64,000 nt of DNA from an uncultured archaeon (GTDB lineage: Archaea; Asgardarchaeota; Thorarchaeia; Thorarchaeales; Thorarchaeaceae), in contig CAZLEV010000006.1 in assembly GCA_964558645.1 (NCBI GenBank), forward strand, positions 96,001 through 160,000. The letters run 5' to 3'. The notes beneath the pieces are model-generated. The model ran no database searches. It was not told the DNA's origin and worked only from the letters and a program-made list of their open reading frames with translations. Position 1 is the stretch's first letter. Each line of letters begins with the position of its first letter. The position numbers were made by a program, and so were the translations under genes. Shown piece by piece: positions 45,560 to 55,560 of this stretch.

Positions 45560-48325
45560 TCAATACAAGTCTACAGGCACCCATATGGTTGTCCATGGAG
45601 CTGCAAATGTCGGTTCGCCGGACTGTATGTTGTCCCAGAACAGAAAGCGAATCTGATAGTTCATCCCTGGAATCATCCTTAGGTCTTGAGGGTCTGAGGA
45701 GTTCAGTGGCAACAGGAATTCCACAGTCCGATTACCGATGGCGTATTCTGACGGGTTGGAGCCAGACGAGTCTGGTACCCAATCGCCTTCGAAGTTCACG
45801 TATCCGTCAAAATAGTCATGGCCATCATAATTCAAGATGCGGATGTCGGGACTCGAGAGGGTTCCGAGCTCGGATAGCTGAATCCCGAAGGCATCATTTT
45901 CGACGTCGAGCTGGTCCATCTCGATTCCGAAGTATACATGTGTGCCGTTGGCACGTGTGTACACCGTCGCCTCATAGCCGCCCCCGAAGACGACCTCAAA
46001 GGTGGCGAAGTTCTGCTCGAACGCTGAAACATTACCATCCATATCCACGTTGAGAGTACCCTTCTCAATGGGCCAGTCTGAATCGAGCTTGTTCTGATAC
46101 TGTTCTAGCATGGTGTAGTCGATTTCATAGATTTTCACGAGACCGTATTCACCACTGGTGAAGACCAGATCAAATGCACCATAGAGACTCTGAGGAACAT
46201 TGTTCTTCCAGCGTGTATCGGGATTGTTCTGCTCACTCAGATATTGCATGTCGGCCTGCTGCCGCGATTGAGGCAGGTTCATCTGGCCGAGCTCCTCCTG
46301 ACTGCGTGGTTCTCCATATAGCATCAGTTTGTAGAGCGTTGTTTCGAAGAACGCATTCAGAGTGTAGTCGGTCTCAGTCTGAGGCGTATCAGGATTGTCA
46401 CCGAGATAGGTCTTGTCGTCAATCACGGAACTTCCGAGGCGATCCTCAGCAATGCGCACCATCCAAGGCCATTTCCCCTCGTCTCCACCGAAGCCCGATA
46501 CACGATGGCCCCAATACACTAGGACATGCGACGCATTCCACTTCTTGAACGTTTCCAAGGATGCTGTTAGGTTTCGCGCCATCATTGCATAACCCATGAG
46601 AGCTATCTGTGTGCTATTATGTGTAGAGTTGTCCACTATCGTTTGGGCACCCCCGGCACTGTTGATCCAGTAACCGTAATCCCACCAGCTTGCAATAGTA
46701 GCACTTGGAGGGAGAACATTTCGGATGAAGTTCATTGCCGTTTGCCAGTCGGTATTACTTGCACCGGTAGAAATTTGGCCAGATGCAAATTCGGGCCTTC
46801 CTGCTTGATTTGTAGAGTAGTTCACACCGCCGAATATTGTCATTGAGAGTAGCAGTCCGACGAAAACATAGGCAGCAAGAGCGTGTTCTGAGGTTAGAGA
46901 TGAACTCATTCGTAGTCGTCGTCGTTCAAAAACAGACTGCTGAGTGAAGATTCTGGAGAATGGGGATAGTATCTGATTCACAGCAATGGCTGATAGCACT
47001 GCAACTCCAGGGGCGAGGATAAGACCAAGACGAATCATACTCCCTGCGAAATACACAGCAGTGACCCCGTACAGAACAATCAGCCAGTCCTCGTCCTTTC
47101 CTCTCTTGAAGGCGAAGTACATGCCCAATGGGAAGAAGAAGATGAGAACTAGGAGGGTGTTATAGAAGCTGCTCCATGGAGTTGGCATATGTTCTGCCAC
47201 TGATGCGAATATCCTCTGGTCAAGCCTGTAGAAGGGGTTGATGACTGTCAGGAACTTGCCGCCAATGGTTAGAATAGGGTTTGCATTGGCCGTGGAAATA
47301 TCTAGCTCGGAACCACTGGCATAGATGAAGTACGATGCTGCTGCAATCACAGGAGCACCTATCGCGAGAAGTATGGGTTTCATGTGGGGCGAGAGTGCTT
47401 CTGCAGTGGTTTCTCTGTAGCTCTCCACCCTCAACCATATCTCATATATTGCCAATAGAGCAGCAACGCCGATGGGCACCAATGTTGAGAATTGCGTCAG
47501 ATTGTTGAAGCCATTCCTCGGAACTAACCCCCCAATGAACATTCCAATAGAAACTGTGGTCAGATATGATGAGAGTAATCTCTTGCTGTAGCGACCTGCG
47601 ACCAACAACACAAATGCATAGAGGGCAAGCAGGTCAAGAAGAAAGTCAGCTGCACCCCATGAAGCTAGGAGATATGCCAGAGACAGACCCGACCCAACAG
47701 CAGAGGGAAGGGAATTCCTTTTGATACTTCGGGTAAAGAAGAACATGGTAAGAACGATAGCAAATACACCGATACATTCGTTGTCATAGAATCCTACTAT
47801 TGTTCTCTGTAGAAATGCAGGCATGAATCCCATGAAGAGTGCACTTAGAAGACCAACTGAATTGTTCGAGATCTCTCGTCCCAGAAAGAAAGCTGCAATG
47901 GTTGTGAGCGCGCCCAGTAATGCTGGCATCAAGACCGAAACGTAAGTCACACTAACGGGTATACCAAGTCCATTTGCAGTAAAGTATAGGAAGGCACTTG
48001 TGAAGGGCACTCCAACATAGGTAGTCCTACCTATCTCTCTGCCAAAGGGCACCCAGGTATAGGCGTCGTGCCAGCCAAAATACGCACCGTATCCGTTTTC
48101 GACTACATACTCGGTCGCCTTCAACTGAAACCATGGGTCAAATGCACGGACAATAGGTTGTGCATCAATAAGAGGAACAAGTCTCAATGCTAGAGAAGCT
48201 ATGAAGATGATAGTCAGCGTAACGGCAATGATGATGGATCCTCGTGAAATCTTTGCTTTTGGCCTGTGGAATGCTCTTCTCAGAAACCTTCCAGTTGACC
48301 GCTTGTATTTGTTGAACTTAGACAT
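45560..48325 (-). CDS. aglB: Oligosaccharyltransferase STT3/AglB
   Basis: FDPWF, YDNE, SVAEH, SWWDYGY, DNST, DEGKWPWMVRI; about 13 TM; extra C-terminal beta domain. Confidence 0.96.
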   Translation of the reverse strand: MSKFNKYKRSTGRFLRRAFHRPKAKISRGSIIIAVTLTIIFIASLALRLVPLIDAQPIVRAFDPWFQLKATEYVVENGYGAYFGWHDAYTWVPFGREIGRTTYVGVPFTSAFLYFTANGLGIPVSVTYVSVLMPALLGALTTIAAFFLGREISNNSVGLLSALFMGFMPAFLQRTIVGFYDNECIGVFAIVLTMFFFTRSIKRNSLPSAVGSGLSLAYLLASWGAADFLLDLLALYAFVLLVAGRYSKRLLSSYLTTVSIGMFIGGLVPRNGFNNLTQFSTLVPIGVAALLAIYEIWLRVESYRETTAEALSPHMKPILLAIGAPVIAAASYFIYASGSELDISTANANPILTIGGKFLTVINPFYRLDQRIFASVAEHMPTPWSSFYNTLLVLIFFFPLGMYFAFKRGKDEDWLIVLYGVTAVYFAGSMIRLGLILAPGVAVLSAIAVNQILSPFSRIFTQQSVFERRRLRMSSSLTSEHALAAYVFVGLLLSMTIFGGVNYSTNQAGRPEFASGQISTGASNTDWQTAMNFIRNVLPPSATIASWWDYGYWINSAGGAQTIVDNSTHNSTQIALMGYAMMARNLTASLETFKKWNASHVLVYWGHRVSGFGGDEGKWPWMVRIAEDRLGSSVIDDKTYLGDNPDTPQTETDYTLNAFFETTLYKLMLYGEPRSQEELGQMNLPQSRQQADMQYLSEQNNPDTRWKNNVPQSLYGAFDLVFTSGEYGLVKIYEIDYTMLEQYQNKLDSDWPIEKGTLNVDMDGNVSAFEQNFATFEVVFGGGYEATVYTRANGTHVYFGIEMDQLDVENDAFGIQLSELGTLSSPDIRILNYDGHDYFDGYVNFEGDWVPDSSGSNPSEYAIGNRTVEFLLPLNSSDPQDLRMIPGMNYQIRFLFWDNIQSGEPTFAAPWTTIWVPVDLY

Positions 48326-48453
48326 GCAGAGTGCTCTCTCCGTTCTGACTCGAATCCAACGGAGCAGATTTAGGACGTGCTAAAAAGGTTGTGTTTGGAG
48401 GTAGAGGTGTACTACCTAGTATGACCTATTGGCGGCAAAGAGATTGGATTATT

Positions 48454-48493
48454 GAAAAGAAGAGTGGTGATGGCCGACCACAGAAGGCCATCA
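48454..48493 (-). terminator. Hairpin + pyrimidine tract after gcvH
   Basis: TGATGGCC-N10-GGCCATCA then CCACTCTTCTTTTC on the minus strand. Confidence 0.55.
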
Positions 48494-48508
48494 GTTACTA
48501 TCTGGAGA

Positions 48509-48895
48509 TTACTCCTCGATGAACTCGGCGTATGCTTTTGCGTCCATGAGTTTCTTCAGTTCCGCATCTAGGTTGGAGGGTTTAATCTTGAACATCCAGC
48601 CCTTACCATAAGGGTCTTCATTGACAATCTCTGGAGCATCCTCCAAATCGCGATTGACTTCAACAATCTCACCGGAGAGTGGAGAGAATATGTCAGAAGA
48701 GGCTTTCATGGACTCTACCAGACCAATCTCATCACCCGCATCAACAGCAGTACCTTCTTCGGTTATCTCCACAAAGGTTATCTCGTGTAAAGAGTTCTGT
48801 GCGTGGTCTGTGATTCCAACCACGGCTATGTTGTCCTCAACTCTCACCCATTCGTGTTCTTCGCTGTATACTAAATCATCTGGAACTTTCGTCAT
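48509..48895 (-). CDS. gcvH: Glycine cleavage system H protein
   Basis: HEWV, GITDHAQ, VESMKA lipoyl-Lys, PYGKGW. Confidence 0.96.
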   Translation of the reverse strand: MTKVPDDLVYSEEHEWVRVEDNIAVVGITDHAQNSLHEITFVEITEEGTAVDAGDEIGLVESMKASSDIFSPLSGEIVEVNRDLEDAPEIVNEDPYGKGWMFKIKPSNLDAELKKLMDAKAYAEFIEE

Positions 48896-48951
48896 ATGGC
48901 TCCACCAACTAAGCAAGTCTGAACTTCTGACTCATTTAAATGACTTCTCAT

Positions 48952-50097
48952 TCAGTCCTTTCGGCTCTCGCCGTATTCATCCTGGTCGTAGAATGGCCAT
49001 TGAGTAACTCTGGCTTTCCTCATGCGGCCTTTGATATCAACTTCGATGGAATCGCCTTCTTCAACCAGATCTGGCTTTACGTATGCCATACCAATTCCAT
49101 TTCTGAGCACTGGAGACATGGTACCACTGGTCACTTCTCCAATCTCCTCTCCATTCAGAACCACGGGATAGTGCTGTCGAGGTATTCCTCGGTCAACCAT
49201 GACTAGTCCAATGCGGGTCTTCTCAACACCTTCCTCCTTCTGTTTCCGCACGATATCATAGCCAATATAGTAAGGGTCAACCTTGAACTTAACTGCGTAA
49301 GGAATCCGGGCTTCGATGGGCGAAGTTTCTTCGTCTAGTTCATGTCCGTAGAGAACGAAACCTGCCTCTAGGCGAGCAGCATCGCGCGCGCCCAGACCAC
49401 AGGGCTTGATACCAAATTCAGCCCCCAAGTCGAGAATCCCCTCCCAGAATGCAGTGGCCTTCTTCTTTCCGGCGTTGTCAAATGGTGTGTTTAGAAGAAG
49501 AATCTCACCACCTGCTTCGCCAGTATAACCTGTCCGACAGAGATAGCATTCTTCATTGAGCAGCTGAACCTTATGTGCACTGAACCGGGGCTGGTCTGAA
49601 ACGTCATGTTCACCCATTCTTGAGAGGAGTTCCAAGGCCTCTGGCCCTTGGACAGCAATCATCACTATCTCACGTGATTTGTCCTGAACCTCTACGTCAA
49701 ATCTGCTCCGATGTTGAAGCATGTGTGCCCATATCTTGGGCCCATTAGCCGCATTAGTCACCCAGATGTATTGGTCCTCAGCAACCCTGTACAACATGAG
49801 ATCGTCTTGAGTTCCACCATGCTCGTTGAGACAGGTCGAATAGTGACCATCATTTACATTCAGTTTCTTGACGTTGTTTGTTGTCAGATATTGAAGGAAA
49901 TCTGCAGATTCAGGACCCTCAATCATAAAACGAAACATGTGACTGGTATCGAAGATGCCAACCTGCTCGCGCACGGCCATCGTTTCTTCTCGGATGTCCG
50001 TGTATCTTACCGGCATCTCCCAGCCAGCGAATTCAACCACGTTCCCATTTGCTTTGTGCCAGTCATAGAGATGTGTTCGCTTTGGTTCCTTGGTCAT
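48952..50097 (-). CDS. gcvT: Glycine cleavage system T protein (aminomethyltransferase)
   Basis: FAGWEMP, FDTSHM, RTGYTGE, GLGARD..RLEAG, VTSGTMSP. Confidence 0.96.
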   Translation of the reverse strand: MTKEPKRTHLYDWHKANGNVVEFAGWEMPVRYTDIREETMAVREQVGIFDTSHMFRFMIEGPESADFLQYLTTNNVKKLNVNDGHYSTCLNEHGGTQDDLMLYRVAEDQYIWVTNAANGPKIWAHMLQHRSRFDVEVQDKSREIVMIAVQGPEALELLSRMGEHDVSDQPRFSAHKVQLLNEECYLCRTGYTGEAGGEILLLNTPFDNAGKKKATAFWEGILDLGAEFGIKPCGLGARDAARLEAGFVLYGHELDEETSPIEARIPYAVKFKVDPYYIGYDIVRKQKEEGVEKTRIGLVMVDRGIPRQHYPVVLNGEEIGEVTSGTMSPVLRNGIGMAYVKPDLVEEGDSIEVDIKGRMRKARVTQWPFYDQDEYGESRKD

Positions 50098-50184
50098 CTT
50101 GTTTCACCACGAGCTGTGTATGGGGGTCAAATCCGCTATGTTTTATCTTCTTCCATGTGTCATCTATGATAGAGGTCTTCCGCA

Positions 50185-51405
50185 TTGCATGATAATACTG
50201 TCGATATCAGTGGGCTCTTGATAGGCAACAGATATCCAGCAAGAGTTATGGGCGTCATCAATCTTTCCCCTGAATCGTTCTACAGGGGTTCTGTACAGCA
50301 GAGCGTTGAAGAGGTTGTTTCCACAGCAATTCAGATGGAGAAAAATGGGGCGGATATGATTGACATCGGGGGCACATCTACCGCACCTAAGGAGATTTAT
50401 GGAACGCAGGGAACCAGCATTGAAACAGAGCTAGAACGTGTCAAGGGGGCCTTGCAAGCCCTGGATGGAAATGTGAGCATCCCCATCTCGGTAGACACTA
50501 CGTCCGCAAAGGTTGCAGAGATGGCATTGGAGCTTGGCGCAGATGTTGTGAATGACGTCACTGGATTTCAGAGAGATGCTGAGATGATTGACGTGATTCG
50601 TGAGTATTCGGTTCCTGCGATAGCTATGGCTCACTGTGAACCACACTGTCAAACATTGGCTGCCAGCATGGACGCTCTCAGGAAGAGCCTGGAGATTGCT
50701 GAACAGAGTAATGTCGAGGCCAGTCAGCTAATACTGGACCCTGGTGTTGGATTTGGAAAACCCACAGAGGCAGATCTTCGAATTATTAGATTCCTTAATC
50801 GATTCGTGATGCTTGGGAGACCCTTGCTTGTTGGTGTTTCACGAAAGGCCTTTGTTGGAGAGATGCTAAATCAGGAACGTCCAGAGGACAGGCTTGTTGG
50901 TAGCCTTGCGGCCACAGCAATTGCTGTTTCAAAGGGTGCATCTGTCATCAGAACACATGATGTCAGAGAAACAGTCATGCTTCTCAGAGTGAGTAATGCA
51001 GTAAGAGGCAGAGAGGAGTTGCAGACAGAGAGGGCCATGTTGCTTGATGTGGAAGATGAGTCAGGTATCGAAGTGCTACTAGAACGAGTGGGAACACGAA
51101 GCGATATAAGAAACGCTCTTGCGAAGAAAGGAGTTATGCTGACGGCCCTGTTGAAAGACATCACGGTGCCAGGGGCGCTGATACTGAAGCAGGAAATACT
51201 TGCACTGGGGGGTGATGCAGCCTATCATCATGACACCATCGACTTTGAGAGGAAGAAGACAGATGTCTTGCTCATGGGTACTGTACTCCAGATCGGGCGA
51301 CTCTCCTCGAAAATAAGGGGTATGGACTACTTCGGACTGCCAAGGATTGGGCAAGATTTACAGATGCTTCTGAAGCAGAGGATGAAAGAGATGTGTAGAG
51401 CATGA
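50185..51405 (+). CDS. folP: Dihydropteroate synthase with C-terminal extension
   Basis: MGVINLSPESF, DIGG.ST, DPGVGFGK, GVSRK, RTHDV. Confidence 0.92.
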   Translation: MHDNTVDISGLLIGNRYPARVMGVINLSPESFYRGSVQQSVEEVVSTAIQMEKNGADMIDIGGTSTAPKEIYGTQGTSIETELERVKGALQALDGNVSIPISVDTTSAKVAEMALELGADVVNDVTGFQRDAEMIDVIREYSVPAIAMAHCEPHCQTLAASMDALRKSLEIAEQSNVEASQLILDPGVGFGKPTEADLRIIRFLNRFVMLGRPLLVGVSRKAFVGEMLNQERPEDRLVGSLAATAIAVSKGASVIRTHDVRETVMLLRVSNAVRGREELQTERAMLLDVEDESGIEVLLERVGTRSDIRNALAKKGVMLTALLKDITVPGALILKQEILALGGDAAYHHDTIDFERKKTDVLLMGTVLQIGRLSSKIRGMDYFGLPRIGQDLQMLLKQRMKEMCRA

Positions 51406-52115
51406 TGGACTGGTCCCAATGGAAACCGATCTATGGAACTATTGCTGAGAGGCTTGGGCTTGATCCAGAAGAGGACAGGAAAGCGACTCAATTGCTGACA
51501 CGCCTGCTCCGGGAAACAAGTCCAGACCTGCTGCTGCGCCGACTCCGAGGGCTGATCAAGGGGCAGAGCGTGATAGTATGTGGTGCAGGACCGTCGTTGG
51601 AGAAGCATCTTCTCCGAATCAGGAGTGACTTGGACTTGAAGAAAGCAGTACTTGTTGCTGCCGATGGTGCCGCAGAGGGGATGGTTTTTTTTGATATGAA
51701 ACCAGATGTGGTTGTAACCGATCTTGACGGAGATCGTGGCACACTTCGGCAGTTAGCAGAAGATGGAGCAGTTGTCATTGTCCATGCACATGGAGACAAT
51801 ATGGCCTTGGTCAGACGCATCACTCCTATTCTTCCTCCAGTGCTCGGAAGCACCCAAGTAGAGCCGACGGACAGAGCATTCCTCTGGGGCGGATTCACTG
51901 ATGGAGATAGGGCATGCTATGTGGTGGCAGAGTATGAGCCTTCAATGATTGTTTTGGCTGGAATGGACTTTGGCGATTACGTCGGAAAATGGTCAAAGCC
52001 TGATGGATTACAATCACAGCTGGCAACTGAAAATAAGAAGGAGAAGCTGAGAATAGGAAGGGAACTCCTGAAGCGACTCATTGCATCATCAGAAATCAAG
52101 TTCACCAAGTTGTGA
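51402..52115 (+). CDS. mptE: 6-hydroxymethyl-7,8-dihydropterin pyrophosphokinase (MptE)
   Basis: GAGPSL, AADGA, VTDLDG, HAHGDN, GGFTDGDRA. Confidence 0.92.
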   Translation: MMDWSQWKPIYGTIAERLGLDPEEDRKATQLLTRLLRETSPDLLLRRLRGLIKGQSVIVCGAGPSLEKHLLRIRSDLDLKKAVLVAADGAAEGMVFFDMKPDVVVTDLDGDRGTLRQLAEDGAVVIVHAHGDNMALVRRITPILPPVLGSTQVEPTDRAFLWGGFTDGDRACYVVAEYEPSMIVLAGMDFGDYVGKWSKPDGLQSQLATENKKEKLRIGRELLKRLIASSEIKFTKL

Positions 52116-52139
52116 GAGTGCCCACTTGCGCCCTTCTCC

Positions 52140-52553
52140 TCAATACTTCATTCCAAAGAGGTACGTGATGATAAGGAAAGCAGAACCTGCGAGTATCGCT
52201 CCCAGTATCATCAGTCGGGAAGCATAGCCAGGCTGAAGGACGTACTTGGATGAATAGTAGACTAGTCCAAGACCTAGAGTGCCCATGAAGAACACTACTG
52301 AGGTAACGATCCCCTCCATACCAAGCTGAACTTCAGGAGTTGGAGCAATCAGGATGGGTGTACCACCAGAACCAGTAGCAATAGGCGGCGGGGTCCTGAC
52401 AAGTGTGTATATATTCCCCCCAAGCACAAAGAGGACTACTATAAACATAATGCCAAATATGAAAATGTCAGGTGGACGGGTCGGTGCAGTAAAACGCGGT
52501 CTCGTTAGTCTGACTCTTGGTTTGACAATGAGCCGTAGCCACCGTTGGGTCAC
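52140..52553 (-). CDS. OST3/OST6-family subunit resembling eukaryotic OSTC/DC2
   Basis: GGNIY....PP, Q..MEG......F.MG.LG, 3 TM, 137 aa. Confidence 0.75.
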   Translation of the reverse strand: MTQRWLRLIVKPRVRLTRPRFTAPTRPPDIFIFGIMFIVVLFVLGGNIYTLVRTPPPIATGSGGTPILIAPTPEVQLGMEGIVTSVVFFMGTLGLGLVYYSSKYVLQPGYASRLMILGAILAGSAFLIITYLFGMKY

Positions 52554-52707
52554 TTCTTGTTACCTCAGCGCATCTCTTTGGAGGTCCTCTTTTAAGACTA
52601 TCGTGGTATGAACTGATGTACTAGAGCTGTCGGCTGCCAACAGATAAATTAAGCGAGTGCCAAGCGAAGAAACCTTACACTGAGAGTGAACCATACTGTC
52701 CAAGATA

Positions 52708-54798
52708 ATGGTGATATCAGAAAAACCAATGGCTGCCAAGAAGATAGCGGATGCCCTTGATGAATCCGGAGCGCCACAAGAGATCAAGAAAGGAAAGATT
52801 TCCTATTTTCAGTGCATAAGGGGCAATGATGTGCTACTTGTCGTCTATGCATTGGGTCATCTATATGAACTCAAGCAGACCAAAAAAGGATGGAAATATC
52901 CGAGACTAGAAACTGAGTGGGTTCCCAAGTACGAAGTTGATAAGAAGGCTAAGAATGTCAAACCCATCATCTCCCTCATCAAGAAGCTGTCAAAGGAGGT
53001 GGAGAGGTATGTTGTGGCAACCGACTATGACGTCGAGGGGAGCCTCATCGGTTATCTCACGCTCAGATACGCATGCAAGAGCGATGCTGCGAATGCGCAA
53101 CGGATGCGATTCTCAACTCTCACCAAGAGGGACCTCCAGGTCTCCTACGATGAACAGCTGAGCAGCCTCGATCTCCCAATGATAGAATCAGGACATGTGA
53201 GGCATGAAATCGACTGGTTATATGGCATAAACCTGACCCGTGCTCTTACACTAGCAATCAAGAATGCATCGGGCTGGTTCAAGATAGTATCTACAGGCAG
53301 AGTACAAGGCCCGACACTTGCCTTTGTAGCTGAGCGGGACCAAGAAGTGAATGTCTTTGTGCCACTGCCCTACTGGATAATAGGGACCACCGGATTGTAT
53401 GAAGGAACGGAACTAGAACTTGAATACTCGAGGAAGAGGATTGACCAGAAGACTGAGGCTGAGAAGATTGTTACAGCAGTCAAAGGAAGAACAGCAGTAG
53501 TTCAAGACATCAAGAAGAGAGAGATATCTCAGTCAGCCCCGCCCCCCTTCAACCTGAGTTCGCTTCAATCAGAGGCTTATCGACACTTTGGTTTTAAGCC
53601 AAGTCGCACACTCGCGATTGCTCAGAAGCTGTATCTTGATGCACTCATCTCCTATCCACGAACAAGCAGTCAAAGAATACCAGAGAGTGTGGATGTCAAG
53701 ACTATTCTCGAATTGCTCGAAAAAATGAGAAACTACAGGAGTATTGTGAAGACCATAGTGACTGCCGGGAACTTGGTGCCACAGCAGGGGGAGAAGTCGG
53801 ATCCAGCACATCCAGCCATTCATCCAACAGGGGAGAAGGCAACAAGAAAGCTCACTTCTGCCGAGAAGCAATTATACGATCTAGTGGTCAGAAGATTCTT
53901 GGCTGCATTTGGGGAGAACTCGGTAAGACAGTCCATTAGGGCCGATGTTCATTGTGAAGATCATGTATTCTACTTGAGAGGAATAAAGACACTGATTGAA
54001 GGCTGGACGGAATTCTACGGTCAGTATGCCTCCCGGGAGGAGAGAGAATTACCACCATTGGCCGTAGGTAGCAAGATAGAGATTGCTTTTGTTCAGGACG
54101 AGGAGAAGAGGACTCCACCGCCATCACGATACAATCCCTCTAGCCTGCTCAAGACTCTCGAAAGAGAAAAGTTGGGTACAAAGGCCACTAGATCAGGAAT
54201 AGTTGACTCGTTGAAATCACGCGGGTATGTTCTCAATGAGCGGTTTGAGATGTCAACCCTGGGATATGCCGCTTATGAAACCCTCCAGCGCTATATTCCG
54301 GAACTACTGTCAACGGACTTCACCCGAAGACTTGAACAGCAGATGGAAGAGATTCAAGAGGAGGGATGTAGCCGAGAACAGGTCTTAACCAATGCCAAGA
54401 AAGAGCTTGCCGGATTGCTGAAAACGTTCAGCGAGCAAGAGGAGAGAATTGGGCAAGATCTTGTTGCAGGGTTGAAACGCTACTGGAGAGAGAAGGAGGA
54501 GATTGGGGCATGTCCAAAGTGTGATGACGGAACACTCCTCATCATCCGCTCACCAAAGAGTGGAAAACGCTTTGTCGGTTGTTCGAATTACCGTAAAACA
54601 GGTTGTGATCAGACCTATCCGTTGCCTCAGAAAGGATTGATACAACCTCTTGAGGAGAAATGTGAGTACTGTGGTCATGCTATGCTCAAGGTGAGTTCAA
54701 GAAGACGCTCATGGGAAACCTGTGTGAACTGGGCAGACTGCCCGGGCAGACAGGAAGATCTTGAGGAACTAGAAAAGAGGAGGAAGGGTAGTGACTAG
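52708..54798 (+). CDS. topA: DNA topoisomerase IA (archaeal Topo I/III)
   Basis: SEKP, ATDYDVEG, STGRVQGPTL, ISYPRT catalytic Tyr, C-terminal Zn ribbons. Confidence 0.95.
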   Translation: MVISEKPMAAKKIADALDESGAPQEIKKGKISYFQCIRGNDVLLVVYALGHLYELKQTKKGWKYPRLETEWVPKYEVDKKAKNVKPIISLIKKLSKEVERYVVATDYDVEGSLIGYLTLRYACKSDAANAQRMRFSTLTKRDLQVSYDEQLSSLDLPMIESGHVRHEIDWLYGINLTRALTLAIKNASGWFKIVSTGRVQGPTLAFVAERDQEVNVFVPLPYWIIGTTGLYEGTELELEYSRKRIDQKTEAEKIVTAVKGRTAVVQDIKKREISQSAPPPFNLSSLQSEAYRHFGFKPSRTLAIAQKLYLDALISYPRTSSQRIPESVDVKTILELLEKMRNYRSIVKTIVTAGNLVPQQGEKSDPAHPAIHPTGEKATRKLTSAEKQLYDLVVRRFLAAFGENSVRQSIRADVHCEDHVFYLRGIKTLIEGWTEFYGQYASREERELPPLAVGSKIEIAFVQDEEKRTPPPSRYNPSSLLKTLEREKLGTKATRSGIVDSLKSRGYVLNERFEMSTLGYAAYETLQRYIPELLSTDFTRRLEQQMEEIQEEGCSREQVLTNAKKELAGLLKTFSEQEERIGQDLVAGLKRYWREKEEIGACPKCDDGTLLIIRSPKSGKRFVGCSNYRKTGCDQTYPLPQKGLIQPLEEKCEYCGHAMLKVSSRRRSWETCVNWADCPGRQEDLEELEKRRKGSD

Positions 54799-55057
54799 TC
54801 AAGAGAAACCACCACAGGAACAGTGTTCCGTCTGCGGAAGACCAACGAAATCGTTCTTCTTCTGTGAGTATCATAAGACTGCACTTCATAACCTTAGAGA
54901 CGCCTTCGCGACCTGGCAAAACGCCCTGTCTATCGATTGGGCAACATTCTTGAAAACAATAGAAGAGGCTGATGAAACAGGCGACTGGGTACTTGAGGTG
55001 ATTGAATTCATCAGGTCAGAAGACGCTCCTTCAGACTTGATACAACCTCCATCATAG
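54791..55057 (+). CDS. Small Zn-binding hypothetical protein
   Basis: CSVCG...FCEYH; overlaps the topA stop. Confidence 0.7.
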   Translation: MTSQEKPPQEQCSVCGRPTKSFFFCEYHKTALHNLRDAFATWQNALSIDWATFLKTIEEADETGDWVLEVIEFIRSEDAPSDLIQPPS

Positions 55058-55367
55058 TAGTGCGGTCGAATTCACTTACGGCAACGATTGCCATACATGG
55101 CTGACCAGTCCACGCACTGATACGTTCCGCAATGGTCCGAACGAGAGTGGTATCGACACCCATAGTGAACAGTCCGGTAGAAGTTGGCCCTGAGTGACCT
55201 GTGCCCGACGGGATAGCAACTGCAGAAGGGCCAATCTTGTATCTGTTTGAATCAGATATCATGACCATCAAGCCGTTCTCCAGCTCCATCATGCGGAAAA
55301 TGAGTTTCCCCTTGCTAGTTTCTGCTGTGAAATCACTGATGTTACTCGGCAATTCAGTCTCACTCAT
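55011..55367 (-). CDS. Proteasome assembly chaperone 4 (PAC4/PSMG4)-like protein
   Basis: F....L.NG....I..., AVAIP, R.IAERIS..TGQP pattern; 118 aa. Confidence 0.6.
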   Translation of the reverse strand: MSETELPSNISDFTAETSKGKLIFRMMELENGLMVMISDSNRYKIGPSAVAIPSGTGHSGPTSTGLFTMGVDTTLVRTIAERISAWTGQPCMAIVAVSEFDRTTMMEVVSSLKERLLT

Positions 55368-55560
55368 TCTGGATTCGCTCGCCGAGGAATATCAGAGAGA
55401 TTGTAAATAAACTAGCGGGATATACGGCAGTCATGGTGGAACTAGACGGGTCTGATCGCCTATCAGGAAGCTCAGATACCTGTCTAACTCACCGAATGGT
55501 ATGGGCTGATAGAACAACAGTGTTATCAAGCTCGGTAATTCGATTAGCGCTGGAAAGAAG

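Noticed and set aside
47075-47084. AACAATCAGC in stt3 matches positions 2-11 of the tnpB-proximal putative guide
   Set aside because: Only 10 nt, misses guide base 1 and lies in a housekeeping gene; it shows that such matches arise by chance
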